Source of the DNA: Cereibacter sphaeroides 2.4.1 | Lineage (GTDB): Bacteria > Pseudomonadota > Alphaproteobacteria > Rhodobacterales > Rhodobacteraceae | Direction of reading: 5' to 3' | NCBI RefSeq assembly: GCF_000012905.2 | Contig: NC_007493.2 | Location: 600,001-632,000 of the forward strand | DNA: 32,000 nt | In this document: piece after piece, positions 19,254 to 25,851 of the stretch | Layout of the letters: each line of letters begins with the position of its first letter | Numbering within the stretch: the first letter of the stretch is position 1 | Program-made: the position numbers and the translations under genes | The notes under the pieces: generated by a model | Told to the model about the DNA's origin: nothing | The model's input: only the letters and a program-made list of their open reading frames with translations | Databases searched by the model: none

Positions 19254-19736
19254 ATGACCCCGTTCCAAGCCATCCTCGCGGCCGCCGCCGTGACCTTTGC
19301 CCTGCCGGCCTTCGCCGACAGCGAACTTGCCGTGACCGACGCCTATGCCCGCGTCGCGAGCCCCGCCGCCCAATCCGGCGCCATCTTCATGGTGATCGAG
19401 AACCACGGCGCGAGCGACGACCGCCTCGTCTCGGCCGCAACCGACGCGGCCGCCCGGGTCGAACTCCACACCCACCTCGCCGGGCAGGACGGCGTCATGC
19501 AGATGGTCGAGGTGAAGGAAGGGTTTCCGGTGCCCGCGCACGGCAGCCATGCTCTCGCCCGCGGCGGCGATCATGTGATGCTGATGGGCCTCACGAAGCC
19601 GCTGAAGGAGGGCGACGAGATCGCGCTGACGCTCACCTTCGAGAGCGGCAAGGTGCTCGAGGTCGCGGCGCCGGTGGATACGAGCCGCGAGGCGCCGATG
19701 GGCGACCACATGAAGGGCATGACGCACGGCAACTGA
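19254..19736 (+). CDS. pccA: periplasmic copper chaperone PCu(A)C
   Basis: ATG at 19254 with AGGAGAG upstream and signal peptide MTPFQAILAAAAVTFALPAFA. The H-X10-M...H-X-M copper motif is present (ELHTHLAGQDGVMQMVEV...GGDHVMLMG), as is a Met/His-rich tail (MGDHMKGMTHGN). Confidence 0.9.
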   Translation: MTPFQAILAAAAVTFALPAFADSELAVTDAYARVASPAAQSGAIFMVIENHGASDDRLVSAATDAAARVELHTHLAGQDGVMQMVEVKEGFPVPAHGSHALARGGDHVMLMGLTKPLKEGDEIALTLTFESGKVLEVAAPVDTSREAPMGDHMKGMTHGN

Positions 19737-19745
19737 CGTGCGGGC

Positions 19746-19769
19746 AGGGCGCGCGACAACGCGCGCCCT
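19746..19769. terminator. bidirectional hairpin AGGGCGCGC-gacaac-GCGCGCCCT between convergent genes
   Basis: Perfect 9-bp stem between the pccA stop (19736) and the stop of the minus-strand gene at 19776. No U-run. Confidence 0.45.
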
Positions 19770-19775
19770 CGGCCG

Positions 19776-20087
19776 TCAGCCGCCGCAATAGGCCTGAGCC
19801 GCTTCCCCGAAGGATTTGTAGCGCTTCCAGAAAGCCGTGTCCGAGCTGCGGCTCGAGAAGCGCACGTCCTGCGCCTCGTCGGGATTGGCGAAGAACTTCG
19901 CCGCGCGCCGCTGGTCGCCCGAGGGCAGCGTCATGTCCGCAACCTGCTGGATGCAGTTGCAGGTCGCCACATTGGCGGCCTGCCGGTCGGAGCGCAGGCA
20001 GGCCCGTTCGATCGGACCTCCGGCGCTGGCGATGGTGGGAAGGACGAGCGCGGCAAAAGCCGCCGCCGCGAGGGCCGGTTTCTTCAT
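19776..20087 (-). CDS. small secreted hypothetical protein (103 aa, four Cys)
   Basis: ATG at 20087. Signal peptide MKKPALAAAAFAALVLPTIASA. The mature part has C..CNC...C. I recognise no family. Confidence 0.7.
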   Translation of the reverse strand: MKKPALAAAAFAALVLPTIASAGGPIERACLRSDRQAANVATCNCIQQVADMTLPSGDQRRAAKFFANPDEAQDVRFSSRSSDTAFWKRYKSFGEAAQAYCGG

Positions 20088-20294
20088 CGTCTGCCTCGTT
20101 TACTGCTCCGGCAGGTTGATCCCGCCGCGTTGGTCTTCGCGAACTATGCCCGAAAGCCGGTTTTCTTCAAACCGATTCGAGCCTTGCACCGCGATCTTCA
20201 GAGATCACGGTCCCGCGAGCACCCTTGGCAGCCGCCGCAGGCCCGAGGCCGGGCAGGTGCATCCGGATCTCTCGCCCCGCCCGGCGGGGCACGC

Positions 20295-20747
20295 TCAGCG
20301 ACGCGCCACCCACGCCTCGGCGGCGTCCCTCTGCGTCAGGGGAAAGGTGCGCGCCTGAACCGGCATGAACCAGTCGCTCGTCTCGATCATCAGGGCCGCG
20401 ATCTTCGGGGGCTCGACGACGGCATAGCGGCGGACCTTGCCGAGGGAGCGGAAACCCGCCTTCAGCCCCTCGAGATCGAGGGCCGCGGCGGGGGTGAGGC
20501 CGGTGAACTCCGGCAGCACCACCAGCATGTCGACGCTCTCGAACCGGTCGAAAGCCGCGAGGACGGTCTCCGCCATGCGCCGGATCTCGGGGCGGCCGAC
20601 ATGACCGCCGAGCTCGAAGGTGAGGATATGCGGCGCAGGGCTCGGAAGCCGGCGCAGCCAGCCCGGCCGCCCGCGGCTCTGCGCGCCGAGCGCCACTGCC
20701 CCGAGCCCGAGCAGGCCAAGGCCGAGGAGGACGGTCCGCGCGCGCAT
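20295..20747 (-). CDS. STAS/SpoIIAA-like (DUF3478-type) domain protein with N-terminal hydrophobic segment
   Basis: 150 aa. The C-terminal pattern KVRRYAVVEPPKIAALMIETSDWFMPVQARTFPLTQRDAAEAWV is typical of the SpoIIAA-like/DUF3478 family. ATG at 20747. Confidence 0.65.
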   Translation of the reverse strand: MRARTVLLGLGLLGLGAVALGAQSRGRPGWLRRLPSPAPHILTFELGGHVGRPEIRRMAETVLAAFDRFESVDMLVVLPEFTGLTPAAALDLEGLKAGFRSLGKVRRYAVVEPPKIAALMIETSDWFMPVQARTFPLTQRDAAEAWVARR

Positions 20748-21109
20748 CAGCGCAGGCCCCCGGACCGGAGGACGGGACGGCGTCGCGCCGCCCGCCCGCC
20801 CGTGCCCGCGTCACCGCATCCCATGGCCGGGAAGATCGCCGCCCCGCGCGCCGTCCCGATGGCAAGATCCGCTCTCATGGCCTCCATGCGCCTCTCCCGT
20901 TGCTTGTGTCGGGGGCAAACGCGGTCGAAGGCTTCCGGTTCGCGACCCTCTTCAGAGGATCCGGGGCAGGGGGGCAGGCGGGGCGCCTGCTCTGCCGTGC
21001 GCCCCGGGTCACGGCGGGTTGCCCGATGGTGCCTTCGGTCGCCCTTGCGACCGCTGTGGCCCCCGGCGGCGCGACGGGCGCCTCCGGGAGCCCGGGTCGA
21101 AGACGCCGG

Positions 21110-21595
21110 TCAGTCGTCGTCGAACAGGCCGCGCTCGGCGCCGGTATGACAGGCGGCGCAGTTCGACATGCTCCGGGCCTTCTCCAGCATGCGCGGCGAC
21201 ACTTCGTCGGCATGCTTGCGCTTGAACCAGGGCAGCTCCGAGATCCGGAGCGGCGTGTCGGTCTGGACCAGTCCGCGCAGCGCGCGGCCCGCGCCCGAAC
21301 TGTCCGCGGCATTCGCGACGAGGTAGGATTCGATCTGGCCGCGGCTCGCCTCGTCGAGCGAGGCATCCTCGCCGAAATGGTTGGGAAGGTCTGCCATCAG
21401 GGCGGTCCAGGACCGGGCGGGCAGCAGCGCCGCCGGATAGGCCATGTGGCAGGCCGAACATTCGGTCCGGGTGAGCGGATCGGTCACCACGAGGGCGGCG
21501 CGCCGGCCGCCGTGTTCGCCGTCGTCATCGGCATAGGTGGCAGTCCAGCCGGCCGGCAGAAGGCACAGCGCGAGCGCAAGGATCCGGAGGGTCAT
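21110..21595 (-). CDS. dhc: diheme cytochrome c (DHC)
   Basis: ATG at 21595 with GGAGGA upstream. Signal peptide MTLRILALALCLLPAG. Two haem motifs, CSACH and CAACH. Only the last 162 codons of the 674-aa track ORF (21110..23134) are credible. Confidence 0.88.
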   Translation of the reverse strand: MTLRILALALCLLPAGWTATYADDDGEHGGRRAALVVTDPLTRTECSACHMAYPAALLPARSWTALMADLPNHFGEDASLDEASRGQIESYLVANAADSSGAGRALRGLVQTDTPLRISELPWFKRKHADEVSPRMLEKARSMSNCAACHTGAERGLFDDD

Positions 21596-21609
21596 CGTCT
21601 GTCCTCCGC

Positions 21610-21999
21610 TCATTGGGCCGCGAGCCAGGCCAGAAGATCGGCCTTCTCGCCCGGCGTGCAGTCGCGGCCGATCACGCTGTTGCAGTTGCGGCCGAGCCAT
21701 TTCTCGACCCTGGCGCTGTCGGTGAAGCGGTCGGGCGTGGCCGAGGGCGCGAGCGGCGCGATCTCCTTGCCGGTGCGGGTCTGGCCCGCCCGCGTCACGT
21801 CCGCACCGTGGCAGGTGGTGCAGGAGGGCGTGTCGGGCTTGCCGCCGGTCTGGGTCGACAGGAAGAGCGCGCGGCCCCGTTCGGCATCGGCGGGCGCGCC
21901 GGCGGCGGCCTCGTAGCCTGCGATGAGCTGCGCGGGGCTGGTGTCTCCGGCCAGTGCGGGACCGGCCAGAACGGCCGAGAGGATGAGGAAACGGGTCAC
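21610..21999 (-). CDS. shp: sphaeroides haem protein SHP (DUF1924 class monohaem cytochrome c)
   Basis: GTG at 21999 with AAGGAG 7 nt upstream. Signal peptide MTRFLILSAVLAGPALA, single CTTCH haem motif, and the Cys pair in GRNCNSVIGRDCT. The sequence matches my recollection of SHP. Confidence 0.88.
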   Translation of the reverse strand: MTRFLILSAVLAGPALAGDTSPAQLIAGYEAAAGAPADAERGRALFLSTQTGGKPDTPSCTTCHGADVTRAGQTRTGKEIAPLAPSATPDRFTDSARVEKWLGRNCNSVIGRDCTPGEKADLLAWLAAQ

Positions 22000-22002
22000 G
22001 GG

Positions 22003-23094
22003 TCACTCCTTGGGTAGGTGGATCGAAAAGGGCGAGAAGAGGCCGCTCTCGGCGTCGGCATGGCAGGCCGTGCAGGTCGCGGGGCTGCGGACCGAAGGCT
22101 GGCGGAAGAGCCTGTCGGGCAGTCCTCCGTGCAGGCGCTTCCAGCCCGGCGTCTCGGTGAGGGTGAAGGGCGCGCCGGGCGCGGTCTCGGCGAAGGCATG
22201 GGCGGGCAGGGTGTCGGCCGTCTCCGCGGCATGTCCGGTGAGCCATGCCTCGATCTCGGCGGCGGTGGCCGGATCGAGGCGCGCATCCTCTCCGAAATGG
22301 TCGGCGAGGCCCGCCATCAGCATCCGCCACGAGGCGGCGGGTAGCAGGCTCGGATGATAGGCCATGTGGCAGGCGGAGCATTCGTCCCGCGTCGTGGCGT
22401 CGAAGGCCACGGGCATCCCCTGCGGCGCCCGCGCGGAAAGCGCGCTGCTGGCGGCCCAGAGGCCGGAGCCCACCAGCAGCAGAAGGACGAGGGCCAGCGG
22501 ACCGCGCGCGGGGATCTCCTCCGCCGGGTGGTCGCCCGGGCGGGCCTCCTTGCTGCCGGTCAGCATGGCGCGGGCGAGGTTCTCGCGGCTGCGGCGGCTC
22601 TCGAAGGCGACCCCGCCGAGATGCAGCGCGACGAGCCCGAACACCGCCCAGGCGGCGACCTCGTGGAGCATGTGCCACGCGCGTCCGGCCTCGAACGACC
22701 AGAAGGCCAGCGGGCCGGTCTTGAACAGGCCGCCCAGCAGGATGAGCCCGGAGAGGCCGATCAGCAGGATCGACCCGATCAGGGCCAGCACCATCAGCGC
22801 GCCCAGCGGGTTGTGCCCGAGGTGGCGCGGGGCTGCCGAACGGAGGTGGCCCAGCACGGCGGCCGGCGAGGGGAGGAAGTCGCGGAACCGCGCGTGGGTG
22901 GGGCCGGTGAAGCCCCAGACGATCCGCGCGATCACGAGCGCCAGCGCGGCGAGGCCGCCGCCGATGTGCCAGCGGATCGCCTCCGCGCCGCCGAGAAAGC
23001 CGGTGGCGGCCGACAGGCCAATGCTGGCGGCCAGCGACCAGTGAAAGAGGCGGATCGGAAGATCCCAGACGGGAACGAGGGGCGGGCGACTCAT
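22003..23094 (-). CDS. membrane cytochrome b (b561/Ni-Fe hydrogenase b-type family) fused to a C-terminal diheme cytochrome c domain
   Basis: The N-terminal ~200 aa carry four TM helices with conserved His (RLFHW, IRWHIGG, MLHEV, ALHLGG). The C-terminal ~150 aa carry CSACH and CTACH and align with the stand-alone DHC (ECSACHMAY..LLPA.SW..LMA.L.(D/N)HFGEDA.LD). I prefer the ATG at 23094 over the TTG at 23112. Confidence 0.85.
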   Translation of the reverse strand: MSRPPLVPVWDLPIRLFHWSLAASIGLSAATGFLGGAEAIRWHIGGGLAALALVIARIVWGFTGPTHARFRDFLPSPAAVLGHLRSAAPRHLGHNPLGALMVLALIGSILLIGLSGLILLGGLFKTGPLAFWSFEAGRAWHMLHEVAAWAVFGLVALHLGGVAFESRRSRENLARAMLTGSKEARPGDHPAEEIPARGPLALVLLLLVGSGLWAASSALSARAPQGMPVAFDATTRDECSACHMAYHPSLLPAASWRMLMAGLADHFGEDARLDPATAAEIEAWLTGHAAETADTLPAHAFAETAPGAPFTLTETPGWKRLHGGLPDRLFRQPSVRSPATCTACHADAESGLFSPFSIHLPKE

Positions 23095-23136
23095 GACGGA
23101 CTCCGATGGCAACGGACTTCTTCTTCCGGGCCAAGG

Positions 23137-23173
23137 TGACGAGCGGCTGACGCGGTCGGTCAGCTTCCTGTCA
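23137..23173. promoter_or_regulatory. operator-like block A: TGAC-N7-TGAC-N7-GTCA-N7-GTCA
   Basis: Half-sites at 23137, 23148, 23159 and 23170, an exact 11-bp phase. The block is centred about 61 bp upstream of the cytochrome b ATG. Confidence 0.45.
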
Positions 23174-23204
23174 GCATCCGGAGACGCTGGGGCCGGCAGG
23201 CGCG

Positions 23205-23241
23205 TGACAGCCGCCTGACAGGCCGCGTCAGCCGCGGCTCA
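23205..23241. promoter_or_regulatory. operator-like block B: TGAC-N7-TGAC-N7-GTCA-N7-CTCA
   Basis: Half-sites at 23205, 23216, 23227 and 23238, with the same architecture as block A 68 bp away. The block is centred about 76 bp upstream of the small-ORF ATG at 23299. Confidence 0.45.
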
Positions 23242-23298
23242 GGGGAAGGTGCGACAAGGGTGCACCGATCCGCCTCTGTCCTCTCATGGGAGATTGCC

Positions 23299-23487
23299 AT
23301 GTCCCTGTCCGCCGTCACCCCGTCCGCCCGCCTCCTGCCGATGGCGGTGCGCCCCGACCCTCCCCGCGCCGAGGGCGCCGTCTCGCGGTCGCAGGACCCC
23401 TGCGGCCGCTGCACCTTCAGCTGGTGCGACGCGCCCTGGTCCTCGGGCCGCACCGGCTGCCCCGCCTGCCCGGGACGCGCGAGCTGA
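23299..23487 (+). CDS. candidate small Cys-rich protein (62 aa, CxxC-X4-C-X10-CxxC)
   Basis: ATG at 23299 with GGGAGA 5 nt upstream. 60 of 62 codons end in G/C (hand count), against about 65% G/C at first positions. The protein is MSLSAVTPSARLLPMAVRPDPPRAEGAVSRSQDPCGRCTFSWCDAPWSSGRTGCPACPGRAS. It is divergent from the shp operon. I recognise no family. The antisense frame shares the third position, so the strand is not certain. Confidence 0.4.
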   Translation: MSLSAVTPSARLLPMAVRPDPPRAEGAVSRSQDPCGRCTFSWCDAPWSSGRTGCPACPGRAS

Positions 23488-24039
23488 CCGGCCGCGGAAA
23501 GGGCGCGGACTGTCAGGCCCCTCCGCATGCCGAGGCCCCGCGCGACAATGGCCGGTGCGCAGCAGGGCGCCCGAGCGCGGACGATGCCGGAGCGGCTGGC
23601 AGACCGGCCCACGTCCGAGACATCCGTCCGGCGCACGCCCTCGCCCATGCGCGGCCGAGCCCGCGCGCCCCGGAAGCCCGTGCATGAAAGGGCTCCCGGT
23701 CTCCGGGCCGGAGCGGCAGCGCGGCCAGCCCGCGACGGCACCGGAGGCCTCGTCCGCGAGGACAGTGGCGCGATGAGCCGCGCCGTTGCCCGCCGCCGGC
23801 GCCTCGTCAGGCCGCGCGGCTTTCGGCTGTCCCGACAAGGCGATGCAGGGCACCCGAGCGTCGGGCACCGCAGGTCGCGCGTGACCCCTCTCAGGCCGTC
23901 GGCGTCTTCATGTGCCGGAGCGGGCAGGGCCGGGGGGAGGGAGCCAGCGGCAGGAAAGGCCGCCCCCGGGGGGTTGAGCGGGCACGATGAGCGACGACCC
24001 GCCCTCGGCCGTCCGGGAATCGCGGCCGGTGTCTCGACC

Positions 24040-24190
24040 GAGGTTGTTTTGTCGCCCGGTTTCTGTCATACAGGCGGAGCAAAGCATCTCTTTCGACCTT
24101 CTGTTTCCTTGCGGCTTCAGTTGCGACTCTGACGAGACTGGGCCGGGCCATCGCATTCAGCGGATGGCATCAAGATAAGGAAATACCACG
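24040..24190 (+). promoter_or_regulatory. probable promoter plus long 5' leader of the cold-shock gene
   Basis: A locally AT-richer stretch lies immediately upstream of cspA. Csp genes classically carry long structured 5' UTRs. A weak TTGTTT-N17-CATACA match is at 24044-24072. This is inference only. Confidence 0.3.
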
Positions 24191-24397
24191 ATGGCCAACG
24201 GCACCGTGAAATGGTTCAACGCCACCAAAGGTTTCGGCTTCATCGCTCCGGCGGGTGGCTCGAAGGACGTGTTCGTCCACATCAGCGCCCTCGAGCGCGC
24301 CGGCATCCGTCAGCTCAATGACGGCCAGGCCGTGACCTTCGACCTCGAAACCGACCGCAACGGCCGCGAATCGGCGACGAACCTCGCTCTCGCCTGA
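24191..24397 (+). CDS. cspA: cold-shock protein, CspA family
   Basis: MANGTVKWFNATKGFGFIAPAGGSKDVFVHISAL carries the RNP1 (KGFGFI) and RNP2 (VFVHI) motifs. AAGGAAA lies upstream. Confidence 0.95.
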   Translation: MANGTVKWFNATKGFGFIAPAGGSKDVFVHISALERAGIRQLNDGQAVTFDLETDRNGRESATNLALA

Positions 24398-24422
24398 TCG
24401 GCAGGTCGACTTCAAGGCAGGA

Positions 24423-24447
24423 ACGGGCGGCTCGGCCGCCCGTTTTT
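24423..24447 (+). terminator. rho-independent terminator of cspA
   Basis: ACGGGCGGC-tcg-GCCGCCCGT stem followed by TTTTT. Confidence 0.8.
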
Positions 24448-24849
24448 CATTTCTGATCTTTCATTTCCGGATCGCTCGGTCGAAGCCACCTCATCCGATC
24501 CGGCGCGCGGCCTCGTCCCGGCCGCGGCAGATCCGGGGGTCTTCCAGTGACGTCCCGCAGGGCCGTCCCCTCGTCAGGAACTCCCCGATCGACCGGAGGC
24601 CCGGATCCCGCCCGGCCTTCTTCATGCAAGGACCACCGCCGGACCGGTCGCAGGCCCGATCCTGCTCGTTGCGAATAGGTCGAGCGGCGGGCGGCCGCCC
24701 CGCGCGCGCGAGAGACCGGTGCTCCGGTTCGGCGGCTGCGTGCCTCGGGCCGATCCTGCTCTCCTCGGCCGCGCCTGCCTGTGGACGGCGCGAATCCGCC
24801 CGTTTCATGATATGGGAAGCGGGTGGGCCACAGGCGGGTGGAGCGGGAC

Positions 24850-25827
24850 ATGCCAGACGGAAACGCCAGTTTCCGGACGCAGCGTTTCACGGGCGGCGAT
24901 GCGGCGCAGCCCCTGCCGTCGATCATGTTCGCCGAACGGCGCAGGCTGGCCATCCTCGGCGAAAACGGGTTCGTCGAGACCTGCGTGCGGACCATCGAGG
25001 GCAGCGACATCGTCTTCGGCAGTGTCCGGTCGTCCGGGCATGTGATCGAGCTTCGCGAGCCGGATCGGTTGACCCTCCTTCTGCCGAGGGCGGGGCGCCT
25101 GCGGGTGCGGATCGGGTCTGCCGAGCATGGCGTGACGCCGGGCTGCCCCATGGCCTTCCGGCCGGGCGAGCGGGTGACCGACGCCACCGCCGGCCGCGAC
25201 GGGCTCTTCGCCGCGATCACGCTGCAGGTGCCCGCCGCGCGGGTCCGGGCGCTGGCCGAGGCGGCCGAGCTACCGCTGCGGGGTCTGCTCGGCCCGGATG
25301 CCGTGGCCCTGCGCGCCCGGCTCGAGGCTTCGGCGCTGGAGGGCATGGCCCGGCTGGCCTGCGACCTCTTCCTGCGGCCGAAGACCGCCCTTCCGCCCGG
25401 CGTCGCTCTGGCGATCACCGACTTCGTGGATGCGCAGCTGCTGGCCCTGATGGACGGCCGGCCTGCTCCGGCCCGATGCCGCGTCCTGTCGGCCTTCCAC
25501 CGCGTGCGGGCGGCCGAAGAGATCATGCATGCCCACAGCGAAGAGCCGCTCGCCATGCTCGATCTCGCACGACGTCTGGATATCGGCCTGCGCAGCCTGC
25601 AGCTGGCCTTCCGCGAGGTGCATGACGGCCTCTCGCCGCGCGAGGTCTACAGCCGGATCCGGCTGGACCGCGCGCGGCAGCGGCTGCTGGCGGCTTCGGG
25701 GGCCGATCGGGTGACGACCATCGCGCTCGACAGCGGCTTCGGTCATCTCGGGCGGTTCGCCATGGCCTATGCGCGCACCTTCGGCGAGCTGCCGAGCGAG
25801 ACGCTTGCCCGCCGCCGCAGGATTTGA
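24850..25827 (+). CDS. AraC-family transcriptional regulator
   Basis: C-terminal AraC double-HTH (LDLARRLDIGLRSLQLAFREV...IALDSGFGHLGRFAMAYARTFGELPSETL). I prefer the ATG at 24850 (GGAG 7 nt upstream) over the GTG at 24823. Confidence 0.85.
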   Translation: MPDGNASFRTQRFTGGDAAQPLPSIMFAERRRLAILGENGFVETCVRTIEGSDIVFGSVRSSGHVIELREPDRLTLLLPRAGRLRVRIGSAEHGVTPGCPMAFRPGERVTDATAGRDGLFAAITLQVPAARVRALAEAAELPLRGLLGPDAVALRARLEASALEGMARLACDLFLRPKTALPPGVALAITDFVDAQLLALMDGRPAPARCRVLSAFHRVRAAEEIMHAHSEEPLAMLDLARRLDIGLRSLQLAFREVHDGLSPREVYSRIRLDRARQRLLAASGADRVTTIALDSGFGHLGRFAMAYARTFGELPSETLARRRRI

Positions 25828-25837
25828 CAGCTGTCAA
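25824..25837. promoter_or_regulatory. perfect 14-bp palindrome TTGACAGCTGTCAA (FNR/FixK-type TTGA-N6-TCAA box)
   Basis: Read directly. It overlaps the AraC-family stop codon (TGA at 25825-25827). It matches the core of the FnrL/FixK anaerobox consensus TTGA(T/C)-N4-(A/G)TCAA. Confidence 0.4.
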
Positions 25838-25851
25838 CCGGGCGGCAGGCT

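Noticed and set aside
21596-23134. Upstream 512 codons of the 674-aa ORF 21110..23134
   Set aside because: They are out of frame over SHP and the cytochrome b gene and give an Arg/Pro-rich translation. Only the last 162 codons, from the ATG at 21595 with its own Shine-Dalgarno sequence and signal peptide, form a real gene (DHC).
23485-23487. TGA as selenocysteine or programmed read-through, joining the Cys-rich ORF to the 201-aa ORF 23527..24132
   Set aside because: The downstream frame shows a flat codon-position G/C profile and Arg/Pro-rich translation. I see no convincing SECIS-like stem-loop at the right distance. A decayed gene remains possible and is listed as a low-interest finding.
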